A stretch of DNA of 64,000 nt from Dehalococcoidia bacterium (GCA_034433305.1 DAOUAM010000089.1:3466-67465); one strand, 5' to 3'; numbered from the stretch's first letter, positions 17,763 to 28,302 are shown. The notes: generated by a model from the sequence alone, not told the origin. Numbers and translations are program-made.

Positions 17763-17792
17763 TTGTAGCGTGTTCCCTGGGCATGCTATAAT
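17763..17792 (+). promoter_or_regulatory. candidate promoter of the rpsF-ssb-rpsR operon (extended -10 TGcTATAAT)
   Basis: TTGTAG at 17763..17768 and TGC+TATAAT at 17784..17792, about 35 nt upstream of the rpsF start. Confidence 0.4.
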
Positions 17793-17827
17793 TCTCTGAA
17801 TTCATTTGAGAGCCAGGGGAGACAAGC

Positions 17828-18124
17828 TTGGTAATCCAGCGAACACGCGATTACGAACTGGTCCTGGTCCTCAGGCCCGAGGCCAACGAAGAGGACATCA
17901 ACGCCACCATCAGCCGCGTGGACAATTTCATCACCTCGCGCGGTGGGACTATAGGAGAGCACGAGAACTGGGGTGTGCGCAAGCTGGCCTACCCCATCAG
18001 GAAGTTCATCGAGGGACACTACATCCTGACCAGGTTCAGCCTGGACCCCAGGGATGTAATTGAGCTGGACCGCAATCTCAAGACTTCAGAGGATGTGCTG
18101 AGACATCTGGTAGTAAAGCGCTGA
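17828..18124 (+). CDS. rpsF: 30S ribosomal protein S6
   Basis: TTG start. RDYELVLVLRPE...GGTIGEHENWGVRKLAYPIRK...GHYILTRF is the canonical S6 sequence. Confidence 0.95.
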   Translation: MVIQRTRDYELVLVLRPEANEEDINATISRVDNFITSRGGTIGEHENWGVRKLAYPIRKFIEGHYILTRFSLDPRDVIELDRNLKTSEDVLRHLVVKR

Positions 18125-18183
18125 TTTGCCGGAGTGAAGGACTATGCTGCAAAGGACCTCTTGCCGAAAAGGAGGTGGCTGAC

Positions 18184-18588
18184 ATGGTGGGGTTGAACAA
18201 GATGATCGTCATCGGGAACGTGGGCACCGACCCCGAGATGCGCTATACCCCCAACGGCAACCCCGTCACGTCCTTCCGGCTGGCTACCGGCCGGACCTAT
18301 ACCACCTCTGACGGAGAACGTCGCCAGGAGACGGAGTGGTTCACCGTTGTGGCATGGAACCAGTTGGCCGAGCAGTGCAACCAGTACCTTACCAAGGGCA
18401 GACGGGTGTACGTGGAGGGCAGACTCAAGAGCCGCACCTGGACAGGCATGGACGGCCAGCAGCGGTTCAGTAACGAAATCATCGCCAGCCGCGTGCTCTT
18501 CCTGGACCGGACAGCCCCTGCCACCTCCGAAGAGGATGCCGGCGTTCCCGCCGAGGACTCGGCGGAGGTCGAAAACCTCCCCTGGTAG
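18184..18588 (+). CDS. ssb: single-stranded DNA-binding protein
   Basis: ATG at 18184 lies 8 nt after AAGGAGG. The OB fold is LNKMIVIGNVGTDPEMRYTPNGNPVTSFRLAT...TEWFTVVAWNQLAE, and the acidic tail ends in ENLPW. Confidence 0.95.
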   Translation: MVGLNKMIVIGNVGTDPEMRYTPNGNPVTSFRLATGRTYTTSDGERRQETEWFTVVAWNQLAEQCNQYLTKGRRVYVEGRLKSRTWTGMDGQQRFSNEIIASRVLFLDRTAPATSEEDAGVPAEDSAEVENLPW

Positions 18589-18622
18589 CTACTCGTAATA
18601 CTCTAGGGATGGACTATCTACA

Positions 18623-18934
18623 ATGACAACCGCACCAAGACACGAAGGAGCGCCCAGACCAGGGCCAGCCAGAAGAGGCGGCAGGCCGCGCTTCTATGCC
18701 CGCCGAAAGCTGTGTTCTTTCTGCGTTGACCACATCAAAGTGGTTGACTACAAGGACGTGGAGCGCCTGAAGAGGTACCTCTCGGACCGCTACAAGATCG
18801 AGGGCAGGCGCAAGACAGGCGCCTGCGCCAAGCACCAGCGGGCGCTGGCGACAGCCATCAAGCGGGCCAGGCACCTGGCCATGCTGCCCTTCAGCCCTGA
18901 GAACACCATGCGTGTCGGCGGCTGGAGCAGGTAG
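18623..18934 (+). CDS. rpsR: 30S ribosomal protein S18
   Basis: [64 protein letters not shown]. Confidence 0.95.
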   Translation: MTTAPRHEGAPRPGPARRGGRPRFYARRKLCSFCVDHIKVVDYKDVERLKRYLSDRYKIEGRRKTGACAKHQRALATAIKRARHLAMLPFSPENTMRVGGWSR

Positions 18935-19089
18935 CGCGGGCCTCCCCGCGCTCCAGGCCGACCTGACAGGGCCACGCCCTGGCCGGCTGATTTCACCCGG
19001 GCATGCACCAAGGGAGCACGCCGCACCCTTTCCGGAGGGGAAGTGTGGAGCAAGCAAGAAAGTCCCCAACGCGGGCGCGGCCTGCCAGA

Positions 19090-20160
19090 ATGGACAGACG
19101 CCGCGAGTTCTCCCGCCGGCTGCGCGAGCAGAAGAGGCAACGTGTCGCCATGGCCCTCATGGGCCTGCTGCTGCTTCTCATACTGGGCATCATCATCGCC
19201 GGGTACGTCATGATCTTCGTCATGCCGCCCAGGCAACTGGTGGTCAGGGTCAACGACGTCCGCTATACCCGGGGCGACATGGTGAAGCTGCTGCGTGTCC
19301 AGCAGCGGGGTGCTGAGTTCTTTGGTCAGCAGTTCAGCGCCGGCACCGAGGTATTCCAGGCCCTCAACACCATCGTTGAGAACGAGATCATCTCCCAGTC
19401 GGCGCCCAAGTACGGCATCATTGTACCGGACGAGGAGATAGACCAGTACATCAGGACGCTGCTGGCGCCTCCACTGGGCGACTCCCAGGACCCGGCCCAG
19501 GTGGAGCGGGAGTTCCGGGAGCGCTACCGGGCCTACCTTAACACCATCCAGCTCAGCGAGGACGAGCACCGCCAGCTTGTCCGGAAGTCCCTCACCAGGG
19601 AGAGGCTGCGGCAGGTCATCGGCGAGAGCGTGCCCAGCGTGGCGCCCCAGGTGCATCTCAACCGCCTCATAATGACGCCCGATGGCGAGATGGATGTCAT
19701 GCAGATCAAGTTCAAGGACACTGTCGCCCCAAAGCAGACCGACGACGAGCGCCGGGAGGCCTTCAAGGCCCTGGTCCGCGAGTTCTCCATGGACAACCCC
19801 GAGGTCATCAGGAAGGGTGGCGACCTGGGCTGGGTGCCCAGGGGCGTATACAGTGACTATGACCATGTCATCTTCGACCTGGAGGTGGGCAAGCTCAGCG
19901 CCCCGGTGCCCAGCGTGGACAACCCCAGGCAGCTTATCTTCTTCCTGGTGTCGGACAAGCAGGAGGCCCGGGAGGTCGAGCCAGAGGACAGGGATGCCCT
20001 CAAGACCCGCGCCCTCCAGGAGTGGATCAACAACGAGCGCAACAGCAACGACGTGTACGCCGTCTTCAACTCGGACATCTATACCTGGATAATCAAGCAA
20101 CTGGGCATATCCTCCACCATCACCCCCACTCCCACCGAGCCCAGCCTGTTCGGGTTCTAG
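19090..20160 (+). CDS. membrane-anchored peptidylprolyl isomerase (SurA/PrsA-like, parvulin domain)
   Basis: ATG at 19090. TM segment MALMGLLLLLILGIIIAGYVMIF. Parvulin-like region GGDLGWVPRGVYSDYDHVIFDLEVGKLSAPV. Confidence 0.75.
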   Translation: MDRRREFSRRLREQKRQRVAMALMGLLLLLILGIIIAGYVMIFVMPPRQLVVRVNDVRYTRGDMVKLLRVQQRGAEFFGQQFSAGTEVFQALNTIVENEIISQSAPKYGIIVPDEEIDQYIRTLLAPPLGDSQDPAQVEREFRERYRAYLNTIQLSEDEHRQLVRKSLTRERLRQVIGESVPSVAPQVHLNRLIMTPDGEMDVMQIKFKDTVAPKQTDDERREAFKALVREFSMDNPEVIRKGGDLGWVPRGVYSDYDHVIFDLEVGKLSAPVPSVDNPRQLIFFLVSDKQEAREVEPEDRDALKTRALQEWINNERNSNDVYAVFNSDIYTWIIKQLGISSTITPTPTEPSLFGF

Positions 20161-20179
20161 AGGCAGCGAGGTCAGGGCT

Positions 20180-21490
20180 ATGGGGGACTCGGCTGACATA
20201 GGCATAGGGCTTCTGGGCATGGGCGTGGTGGGTAGCGGTGTGGCCAGGGTGCTGTGCGAGAAGCAGGAGGAGCTGGCCAGGCTGGTGGGTCGTCCGCTCT
20301 CCCTCAAGGGCGTCCTGGTGCGGGACCCGCGCAAGCCCCGCGCCTACGACCTGCCCCACCTGCTGACCACCAGCATTGAGGACATCCTGAACAACCCGGA
20401 CATCCGCATCGTGGTGGAGGTCATGGGCGGCCAGGACCCGGCGCTGGACTACATTCTCAAGAGCATCTCCCTGGGCAAGCACGTGGTCACAGCTAACAAG
20501 GAGGTCATGGCCCGCCACGGGCCGGACATTCTGACGCTGGCCCGCAAGAAGGGCGTCCAGGTGCTATTCGAGGCGACGGTGGCCGGCGGCACGCCCATCA
20601 TCGCGCCGCTGCTGCGCGACCTGGTAGCCAACGACATCCTCAGCATCCACGCCATCATCAACGGCACCACCAACTACATCCTGACCAAGATGGCCTACGA
20701 GGGCCTGGACTTCGGCGTCGCCCTGAAGCAGGCCCAGGAGCTTGGCTACGCCGAGGCCGACCCCACCAACGACGTGGAGGGCATTGACGCCGCCTACAAG
20801 CTGGCTATACTGTCCACCCTGGCCTTCCGCGCCAGGGTGAAAGACGTGGACGTGTACCGTGAGGGCATCACCCGCCTGGCTGCCCGCGACTTCCTGTACG
20901 CCCAGGAGCTGGGCTATGCCATCAAGCTGCTGGCCATCGCCAGCAAACATGATGGGGCTGTGCAACTGCGCGTCCACCCGGCTTTTGTGCCTTCTGAAGT
21001 CATGATTGCCAAGGTGGACGGCGTCCTCAACGCCGTGGAGGTGGAGACAGACCTGGCCGGCCGCGTGCTGTTCCACGGGCGGGGTGCTGGCTCGCTGCCC
21101 ACCACCAGCGCCGTCATGGCCGACGTGGTCAATATCGCCCGCAACGTGGCGGGTAACGTGGTGCCGCCTGCGCCCCTCAGGCTGTCAGAGGACGTGCGCA
21201 TCAGGCCCATTGACGAGCTGGAGACCAAGTACTACCTGCGTATCGCCGTGGCCGACAGGCCGGGTGTGCTGGCCCAGATTGCCAGGGTGCTGGGCGACCG
21301 GCAGATAAGCATCGCCTCGGTCATCCAGAAGGAGACGGACGAAAAGGCCCAGCGCGCCGAGATCGTGCTCATGACCCACCGCGCCAGGGAGGCCGCCGTG
21401 CAGACGGCGCTGCGCCTCCTCCAGGGGCTGGACGTGGTGTATGAGATAGGCAACGTGGTGCGCGTTGAGGAGTGGGCCAACGCACAGTAG
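20180..21490 (+). CDS. hom: homoserine dehydrogenase with C-terminal ACT domain
   Basis: GIGLLGMGVVGSGV, VVTANKEV, INGTTNYILTKM, GYAEADPTNDVEG.DAAYKLAIL, then an ACT domain (YYLRIAVADRPGVLAQIARVLG). Confidence 0.95.
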   Translation: MGDSADIGIGLLGMGVVGSGVARVLCEKQEELARLVGRPLSLKGVLVRDPRKPRAYDLPHLLTTSIEDILNNPDIRIVVEVMGGQDPALDYILKSISLGKHVVTANKEVMARHGPDILTLARKKGVQVLFEATVAGGTPIIAPLLRDLVANDILSIHAIINGTTNYILTKMAYEGLDFGVALKQAQELGYAEADPTNDVEGIDAAYKLAILSTLAFRARVKDVDVYREGITRLAARDFLYAQELGYAIKLLAIASKHDGAVQLRVHPAFVPSEVMIAKVDGVLNAVEVETDLAGRVLFHGRGAGSLPTTSAVMADVVNIARNVAGNVVPPAPLRLSEDVRIRPIDELETKYYLRIAVADRPGVLAQIARVLGDRQISIASVIQKETDEKAQRAEIVLMTHRAREAAVQTALRLLQGLDVVYEIGNVVRVEEWANAQ

Positions 21491-21517
21491 ACGGCGCCGC
21501 TGACACGGAGGCCCGGA

Positions 21518-23299
21518 ATGAGGCTTCTTGTCATCGCTTTGCTGGCTGTGCTACTCCTGGCGTGTGGCCGCCCCGGCCCGGAGCAGAAGGCCGCCGTGAT
21601 GCACGTCCCCCAGGACATGGTAGTCCCCAGGCCCCAGTACGATACCTCTCGCCCCTTCCGCGACCTGGTGAAGCCCCACTTCTACGCCACGTCCAGCCGT
21701 GGGGAGCTGGTGGAGGCCAGCGGAGAGCCTGACCTGGTCCTGGTCCGCGAAGGCAAGGTCAAGGTGCGCCTGCGGGACGGCGGCCAGGAGCGCTACCTGG
21801 ACCTGCTGGCCCTGGAGTCCGAGGCCCTGGGCGAGCACCCGGTCCACAAGGTCTTCCGCCTTCAGGCCATGGGCGTGCGCCTGGAGGAGAGGCTGGCCAG
21901 GAGGCTCCAGCCGGAGGACTTCGACGACAGCCTGTTCCACACGCTGCGCTTCCAGTACCTCCAGGGCAAGGAGACGTCCGGCGTCATCGCCGAGGTCTTC
22001 CATGACGGCACGTTCCTGGTCATCCCCTTCGAGACGCCAGAGGAGTGGCGCAGCAGCCAGCCGTCCATCGCCTCCCCGACGCATTTCCACGTGGACCCCA
22101 GGGCGCTCATCGCCGGGGACTCGGCCCTGGCCGCCGAGTTCGAGCGGGAAATCCTGGCCCTGCCCTTTAACGACCAGCGTTACCCACCTGCATCCATTAC
22201 CAGGAAGGAGTGCGACCTCTACCGGCAGGGCCGCGAAGGGCAGGCCTACCAGGACATACTCTCGGCTATCGGCTACCGGTTCACCCCCGCGCACGCCATC
22301 AGCAGGGCCGAGGCCGCGCCCGCATCATTCCCCGAAGAGCTATCGCTGCTGCTGTGGGAGGGCGCTGGCCGCCAGACGCGCTACTTCGGCTTCGACGGCT
22401 ACTGGATAGCCGACCGGTTGAGAGACCTGAAGGCGTCGTGGATAGGCGAGTGCGACACCGCCGGCGGCATGGCCAGCTACCAGGCGGCCCCCGGCCAGAA
22501 TGGCCACTACATCACCGTCCGGCGCTCCCTGGAGCCTGACATAAAGCGCAGGTACCAGGTGGTGTCCATCGCTGGCGATGGCTCGGGCCGCGTGCTTTAC
22601 ACCGCGCCGGGCATCATCCTCATGTCCCAGCCCCTGCCCTTCGATTCAGACCGCTGGGTCATGAGCGTGGAAGGCTGGGGCGGCCCTGGCGAGAACAGCC
22701 CCGCCGACCCGCGCTGGCAGTCAGTCTATATCGTCAACATGGCCTCTCCGGAGGAGTACCGGGTCGTCAGCTACCCTCTGTCCCAGTTCCCTAGGGCGCC
22801 AGCGGGTGGCCTCTACGGAGCGTCAGTCCTGGTAACCGCCGACGGAAAGTTTATGTTCAATACCCTCTATGGCTTCAAGGACGAGGGCGGCGGGCTGTGG
22901 GTGACGGACCTTTCCAGGCGGGACTTCTTCACGGACCCGAGCGCCTTCTCCCGGCTTATAGCCTGGGACCATGCCCTGAGCTGGTTTGTCCTGGAGGTGG
23001 AGGAAGGCGCTTCGCACAGGGCCATGTACATCTTCCTGACCGGCAAGGAGGTGGCCGACGACTTCGCCATGACCGCCAACATTTTGCGGGTGAAGCTGGC
23101 TGGCCTCCAGTCCAGCGTTGAGCGCGCCCAGCGCATCCTGCAGATGGTCGGCTGGAACCCGGTCCCCTTTGCCATCCAGCGCCTGGGCGACCACACGTCG
23201 CTGGTGGCCGTCGAAGCCAACCTGAGCTTCCAGGACTCGCTGCTGCCCCGCGCTACCGGCGTGTACATCGTGCCGGTGGACACCGAGCAGTACCAGTGA
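21518..23299 (+). CDS. hypothetical lipoprotein (593 aa)
   Basis: Lipobox in MRLLVIALLAVLLLACG. I recognise no family. The C-terminal half looks beta-propeller-like. Confidence 0.7.
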   Translation: MRLLVIALLAVLLLACGRPGPEQKAAVMHVPQDMVVPRPQYDTSRPFRDLVKPHFYATSSRGELVEASGEPDLVLVREGKVKVRLRDGGQERYLDLLALESEALGEHPVHKVFRLQAMGVRLEERLARRLQPEDFDDSLFHTLRFQYLQGKETSGVIAEVFHDGTFLVIPFETPEEWRSSQPSIASPTHFHVDPRALIAGDSALAAEFEREILALPFNDQRYPPASITRKECDLYRQGREGQAYQDILSAIGYRFTPAHAISRAEAAPASFPEELSLLLWEGAGRQTRYFGFDGYWIADRLRDLKASWIGECDTAGGMASYQAAPGQNGHYITVRRSLEPDIKRRYQVVSIAGDGSGRVLYTAPGIILMSQPLPFDSDRWVMSVEGWGGPGENSPADPRWQSVYIVNMASPEEYRVVSYPLSQFPRAPAGGLYGASVLVTADGKFMFNTLYGFKDEGGGLWVTDLSRRDFFTDPSAFSRLIAWDHALSWFVLEVEEGASHRAMYIFLTGKEVADDFAMTANILRVKLAGLQSSVERAQRILQMVGWNPVPFAIQRLGDHTSLVAVEANLSFQDSLLPRATGVYIVPVDTEQYQ

Positions 23300-23570
23300 C
23301 AGAGTGCTTCCACGCCCTTCTTTACCGGTCCTGTGCGATAACGCCGTATTTCGTGGGGGCAGGCCTTGCCGAAGGGCTCAGTACGAGCGGGTGTTCAGGG
23401 CTACGTACAGCCAGGTATCCTGGCTTGTTCTGTCTATATCTATCTTGGGTTGATGCCTAAGGGGCAGGCACAAGGCCTGCCCCTACAAAATCGTGGCACC
23501 ATCATGGCAGCCTGGTATAAGGAAGTCTGAGGAGGTCACGCGTTGCTCATAGAGCGCCTTCGACCGCGCA

Positions 23571-23602
23571 AGACACAGGGAGCGCCAGCGCTCCCTGTGT
23601 CT
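23571..23602. terminator. perfect 14-bp hairpin between convergent genes
   Basis: agacacagggagcg-ccag-cgctccctgtgtct lies between the stop at 23299 (+) and the stop at 23626 (-). Confidence 0.55.
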
Positions 23603-23625
23603 TCAGGCTGCTGGGCCTCCGATAG

Positions 23626-26403
23626 CTAGTCCGCCGCGGCGGGCACGGGCGCCTTCTCCAGCCGCACTGGCACCAGCGGCAGGCCGGGCACCTTGAGCAT
23701 GGGGTCTACGTCGGTGCTGCGGTCCAGCTCCGTGGCTAGCTGGCCGAAGAGGCCTGTGACCGACACCATGCCGCGATTAGGCCCCGTCAAGCTTACCCTG
23801 GCCCGGAAGCGCTGGCTGGCTGACACGACCTCCACCCAGTCGCCGTCGGCGACGCCCAGGGCGCGGGCGTCCTCGGGGTGGACCTCTACTACCTCGTCCC
23901 GCCGTATGACGTTCCTGCCGTCCAGCTTCTCCAGCGTCACCTGGCGCTCGGGCTGGTGCAGGACGCGGCCCCTGGCCAGCACCAGCGGGTAGCTCCGGTC
24001 CTGGCGGGGCTGCGTTTCGCCCAACTTTACCTCGGCCAGCCGGGCCTTGCCGCTCGGGAAGCCGCTGGCATAGAGGATGGGCGTATCGTCCATGTCGGCG
24101 GCCAGGCAGGGCCACTGCACCGTGCGGGCACGCATCCTCTCATAGGAAATGCCGCCGTAGATGTCCACCACACTGCTTAGCTCGGCGAATATGTCCTCTG
24201 TCGTCTCATAATCGAAGCCGCTGGCCCCCATGCGCCGGGCAATCTGGCAAAGGGTCTTCCAGTCAGGCTCCTCCTCCGCCCTGGGCAGGACGGCGGGGCG
24301 CAGGAACTGCAGCCGGCGCTCCATGTTGGTGTAGGTGCCGTCCTTCTGGGCGAAGGTCGCCGATGGCAGCACCACGTGGGCATGCTCGGTAAGCTCGCTG
24401 GCGAAGGTGTCCTGTACCACCAGGAAATCGAGCTTCGCCAGGGCGCCCAGGAAGTCGCCCAACTCCCCGCTGCTGAAGTGAGGGCTGTTGCCCATGACCT
24501 GGAGGGCCTTGACCCGCCCTTCGTTGATGGCCGCTGTCAGTTGCCGCAGCGACAGGCCCGGCGTCGCAGGCACGTCGGCGTTCCAGGTCCTCTTGAGGGC
24601 GTTGCGGCCCTTCTCGTCGGACACAGGCTTGTAGCCGGGCAGGTACTCCGGCGTGCAACCCACGTCCCTAGCGCCCTGCTCGTTGGCACCCAGGTAGAGG
24701 GGGTACAGGCCGCCGGAGGGCTTGCCGACGTTGCCCGTGGCCAGGGCCAGGTCTACCAGCGCCCGCACGCACTCGGCGCGGCGCTCCGGTGGCACCGTCT
24801 CCAGGGCATACAGTACCGCCGCCGGCTTGTTCCTGGCGAAAAGCCTCGCGGCTGCCTGCACCTGCGTCTGCTGGACGCCGGTCATGCGCTCCACCTTGAC
24901 CAGGTCGAAGTTCCAGAGGGAATTGCGCAGTGCGTCCACGCCCTCGCAGCGCTCAGACAGGAAGTCATGGTCGTCCAGGGACTCGTCGAAAATGACGCGG
25001 AGCATGCCGCCAATGACCGCCGTGGTGGTGCCCGGCCTGGGGCGCAGCCAGACAGTGGCGTACCGCGTCAGCTCTGTCTCCCGCTCGTCAATGACAATGA
25101 GGGAGGCGCCGCGCCTTGTCGCCATCTTTATGGGCACCGCCGCGACGTTCTGCTCCTCGGTGATGTTGCTGGAGACCACCAGGAAGCACCTGGACCTCTC
25201 CAGCTCCCAGATGGAGTTGGTGCCCGCCTGGTAGCCCAGCATCTCGCCCAGGGGCTGGACCAGTTCCGGGCGCACGTTGGAGGAGACGTCCACGCTGTTG
25301 CTGCCCATGACCGCGCGGGCGAACTTCTGGGCCAGGTAGCTCTCCTCGTTGGTGGCGCGGGGCGATACCAGCAGCGCAAACTGGCTGCCCCTGTACAGGG
25401 CCAACTGCTGGGCGGTGAAGTCCAGGGCCTCCAGCCAGGAGACCTCCTCCAGGGCGCCGTTGCGCCTGACCAGCGGCCTCTTGAGCTGCTCCTTGCGGTT
25501 CACGAAGTCCAGGCCGAACTTGCCCTTGAAGCAGAACTGGCCCCGGTTGGCCGGCGAGTGGATATTGGGCGTTGGCCGGATGACGCGGTTGCGCCGGTTG
25601 ACCTCCAGTTTCATCTCGCACCCCACGGGGCAGTGGGGGCAGATGGTGTTGACGGTCCTGGCGGCCTTCTCCCACTTGTACTGGCGCTCCACCAGGGTGC
25701 CCGTTGGGCAGACGTCTATGCACGCGCCGCAGAACTCGCAGCCCGACTCCAGCAGCGAGGTGCCGTGGGCCGTGCCGATGATGCCGCGCCCGGAGCGCTC
25801 ATTCAGGGACAGGGCGTAGTCGCCCCGCACCTCGTCGCACACCCGCACGCAGCGGGCGCAGACGATGCACAGGTTCAGATCCATGTCCCAGAAGGGGTCG
25901 TCAACCTTGATGGGCAGGTTGCGGTAGTTGTAAGGGAAGGGGCTTTCCAGCTTCATCTCAAGGAACCGCACGGTGTCCTTGAGCTCGCAGCGCTCGTTCT
26001 TGGGGCACATCACGCAGCGGTCGTTGACAGACCTGTGGCGGAGGCAGATGTCGCCGGGGCCGCACAGCTCGATGCGGTGGCAGTTCAGGCAGCCGTGGGG
26101 GTGCTCGGCGATGAGCATCTCCAGGATTCCCTTGCGCAGGCCCACCAGATTGGGCGTGTTGGTGCGCACCACCATGCCCTCGGTTACCGGCGTGGTGCAG
26201 GAAGCTGGCGTGCCGCGCCCTCCCTCGATCTCCACCACGCACATACGGCAGGCGCCCCAGGGCTTCATGCCCGGGTAGTAGCACAGGTAGGGAATGTACA
26301 GCCCGTGGTCAATGGCCGCCTGGAGCACCATGGTCCCCGGCCTGGTCTTGACCTCGACGCCATCTATGGTGAGGGTGACTTGGTCTGGCATATCATGCTC
26401 CAT
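23626..26403 (-). CDS. NuoG/FdhA-like molybdopterin-oxidoreductase-fold subunit with N-terminal 2Fe-2S and multiple 4Fe-4S domains; catalytic Sec/Cys-His absent
   Basis: 925 aa. The N-terminus VTLTIDGVEV...CYYPGMKPWGACRMC is a 2Fe-2S motif, followed by CxxCxxC clusters, CPHCPVGC (MopB 4Fe-4S) and a C-terminal barrel (VEVHPEDARALGVADGDWVEV). The position equivalent to FdhF ARVUHGPS reads SNVRPELV. Confidence 0.85.
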   Translation of the reverse strand: MEHDMPDQVTLTIDGVEVKTRPGTMVLQAAIDHGLYIPYLCYYPGMKPWGACRMCVVEIEGGRGTPASCTTPVTEGMVVRTNTPNLVGLRKGILEMLIAEHPHGCLNCHRIELCGPGDICLRHRSVNDRCVMCPKNERCELKDTVRFLEMKLESPFPYNYRNLPIKVDDPFWDMDLNLCIVCARCVRVCDEVRGDYALSLNERSGRGIIGTAHGTSLLESGCEFCGACIDVCPTGTLVERQYKWEKAARTVNTICPHCPVGCEMKLEVNRRNRVIRPTPNIHSPANRGQFCFKGKFGLDFVNRKEQLKRPLVRRNGALEEVSWLEALDFTAQQLALYRGSQFALLVSPRATNEESYLAQKFARAVMGSNSVDVSSNVRPELVQPLGEMLGYQAGTNSIWELERSRCFLVVSSNITEEQNVAAVPIKMATRRGASLIVIDERETELTRYATVWLRPRPGTTTAVIGGMLRVIFDESLDDHDFLSERCEGVDALRNSLWNFDLVKVERMTGVQQTQVQAAARLFARNKPAAVLYALETVPPERRAECVRALVDLALATGNVGKPSGGLYPLYLGANEQGARDVGCTPEYLPGYKPVSDEKGRNALKRTWNADVPATPGLSLRQLTAAINEGRVKALQVMGNSPHFSSGELGDFLGALAKLDFLVVQDTFASELTEHAHVVLPSATFAQKDGTYTNMERRLQFLRPAVLPRAEEEPDWKTLCQIARRMGASGFDYETTEDIFAELSSVVDIYGGISYERMRARTVQWPCLAADMDDTPILYASGFPSGKARLAEVKLGETQPRQDRSYPLVLARGRVLHQPERQVTLEKLDGRNVIRRDEVVEVHPEDARALGVADGDWVEVVSASQRFRARVSLTGPNRGMVSVTGLFGQLATELDRSTDVDPMLKVPGLPLVPVRLEKAPVPAAAD

Positions 26404-26491
26404 GAGTCAGGGCGGAGGCCCCTTCTCTAACTGCCCTGGACGGGAATGGCCCCAGGCCCCCGCGCTGGGAGCGGCCTGGAGTCAGATGCTG

Positions 26492-28261
26492 TCAATGCCG
26501 CGCCGCGGGTGTGCGCCCCCAGACGCTCAGCGTGCTGCCCGTGGCCCAGGCGTAGGGCCGGGTGTTCCTGGGCGCCAGCATGGGCCTCAGACAGCTACCG
26601 GTGGGGCAGCGCTTCTCCTCGATGTGGGCCTTGAAGTCGGCCTCGAAGTGCTGCAGGGCCGAGCGGATGGGGTTGAAGCCCAGTTGCCCGTGGCCGCAGA
26701 GCGACGCCGCCTGCATGTCCCGCCCCACGGCGCGCATCTTCTCGATGTCCTCCGGGTGCGCCTCGCAGCGGGCCACGCGCTCCACGATCTCCAGCAGGTG
26801 GCTCATGCCCAGCCTGCACGGGAAGCACTTGCTGCAGGACTCGAACTGGCAGAAGGACACCAGGATACGGGTCAGGTCCACGGCGCACACCGTCTCGTCC
26901 CCGACGATGATGCCGCCAGAGCCGAAGATGGCGCCGGCCTGGGCCATCTCCTCGAAGTCCAGGGTTATGCTCACGCTCTGGGCGCTGAGCACGCCGCCCA
27001 GCGGCCCACCGGTCTGGAGCAGCTTCAGCTTCTTGCCGCCGGGCACTCCGCCGCCTATGTCGTTGATAATCTGGCCCAGGGTCAGGCCGAAAGGTACTTC
27101 GTACAGTCCGGGATAGGTGATGTTGCCGCTGAGGCAGGCGATGGCCGTGCCCTTGCTCTTGTTGACGCCTATGGAGGCGAACCACGCGCCGCCCCGCGAG
27201 ATGACCTCCGGCACGTAGGACAGCGTTTTGACGTTGTTGATGTTGCTGGGCTTGCCCCACAGGCCGACCGCCGCCGGGAAGGGAGGGCGCGAGCGCGGCA
27301 TGGCGCGCTTGCCCTCGATGGCCTCCATCAGCGCCGTCTCCTCGCCGGCCACGTAGGAGTCGCCGGTCAGGGCCACCTCGATGTCGAAGCTGAATTTTGA
27401 ACCCAGGATGTTCTCACCCAGCAGCCCCAGCCTGTACGCCTGCTCGATGGCCTTCCTGGTCCTGTTGATAGGCCCATCGTGGCCGTGGCGAATGAACACG
27501 AAGCCGTTGGTGGCGCCGGTGGCGTAGCCCGCGATGGTCATTCCCTCCAGCAGCGTGTAGGGGTCGCTCTCCAGGATGCCCTTATCGTTGTAGGCGCCGG
27601 GGTCTCCCTCCTCGCAGTTGCACAGGATGTACTTCACAGGCGCCTGGGAGCGGGCCAGGAAGCTCCACTTGGTGCCGGTGGGGAAGGCGGCGCCGCCGCG
27701 GCCCCGCAGGCCGGAGTCAGTGACTTCCTTGAGGACGTCGGCGGGCTGCATCCCGGACAGCGCCTTGCTCAGGCCGGCGTAGCCGCCGTTGGCGATGTAC
27801 TGGTAGATGTCGTCGGGGGCGATGTGGCCGGCGTTGCGCAGGGCGATGCGCTGCTGGTACTTGATGCCGGGCAGTTCGGCGATGCTGGGGGCCTCGTCTA
27901 TGGGCGTGTCGCCCAGGTAGCCCAGCACCTTGTCCCTGGGCAGCCTGTCCCTGGCCAGGTAGCTCTCCACTATGGCCGGGACATCCTCGGGAGTGACGTT
28001 CCTGAAGAACAGGCGGGAGCGGCCCGGCTTGAGGATGTCCACCAGCGGCTCGGCGTAGCAGATGCCCAGGCAGCCCACCTCGTCAATCTCGGCGTCCACC
28101 TTGTGGCGCTTCAGTTCGGCCTTGAGGGCATCTATGACCTGGTAGGCGCCGGCGGCGTGGCCGCACATGGCCGTCCCGACCCTGATCCAGGGCTTGCCGC
28201 CCGCTACCAGCGCCTGCCACCTGCGGTCTGCCTCGGCCTTCAACTCCTGGTACGTTGGCAT
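26492..28261 (-). CDS. NuoF-like NAD(H)/FMN-binding FeS subunit (FdsB/HoxF/HydB type) with N-terminal thioredoxin-like 2Fe-2S domain
   Basis: LRGRGGAAFPTGTKW, CNCEEGDPGAYND, GAGAYVAGEETALMEAIEG-like (YVAGEETALMEAIEGK) and CGHGQ. Confidence 0.9.
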   Translation of the reverse strand: MPTYQELKAEADRRWQALVAGGKPWIRVGTAMCGHAAGAYQVIDALKAELKRHKVDAEIDEVGCLGICYAEPLVDILKPGRSRLFFRNVTPEDVPAIVESYLARDRLPRDKVLGYLGDTPIDEAPSIAELPGIKYQQRIALRNAGHIAPDDIYQYIANGGYAGLSKALSGMQPADVLKEVTDSGLRGRGGAAFPTGTKWSFLARSQAPVKYILCNCEEGDPGAYNDKGILESDPYTLLEGMTIAGYATGATNGFVFIRHGHDGPINRTRKAIEQAYRLGLLGENILGSKFSFDIEVALTGDSYVAGEETALMEAIEGKRAMPRSRPPFPAAVGLWGKPSNINNVKTLSYVPEVISRGGAWFASIGVNKSKGTAIACLSGNITYPGLYEVPFGLTLGQIINDIGGGVPGGKKLKLLQTGGPLGGVLSAQSVSITLDFEEMAQAGAIFGSGGIIVGDETVCAVDLTRILVSFCQFESCSKCFPCRLGMSHLLEIVERVARCEAHPEDIEKMRAVGRDMQAASLCGHGQLGFNPIRSALQHFEADFKAHIEEKRCPTGSCLRPMLAPRNTRPYAWATGSTLSVWGRTPAARH

Positions 28262-28302
28262 GCTGTTCCTCGAAGAGGGATACCCGGCTGTCCGTGGCCC
28301 GC

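Noticed and set aside
18790-20334. 514-aa minus-strand ORF
   Set aside because: It is antisense to rpsR and the PPIase gene and has no motifs. It is a G+C-driven open frame.
23340-23490. Possible tRNA or ncRNA in the spacer after the 593-aa lipoprotein gene (hairpins such as ggggcaggc-acaag-gcctgcccc)
   Set aside because: There is no cloverleaf, no GTTCRANYC T-loop and no acceptor or CCA features. The sequences resemble the generic G+C-rich intergenic repeat and hairpin material seen elsewhere in the window.
24376-26430. 684-aa plus-strand ORF
   Set aside because: It is antisense to the FdhA/NuoG-like gene, whose Cys-cluster motifs are unambiguous.
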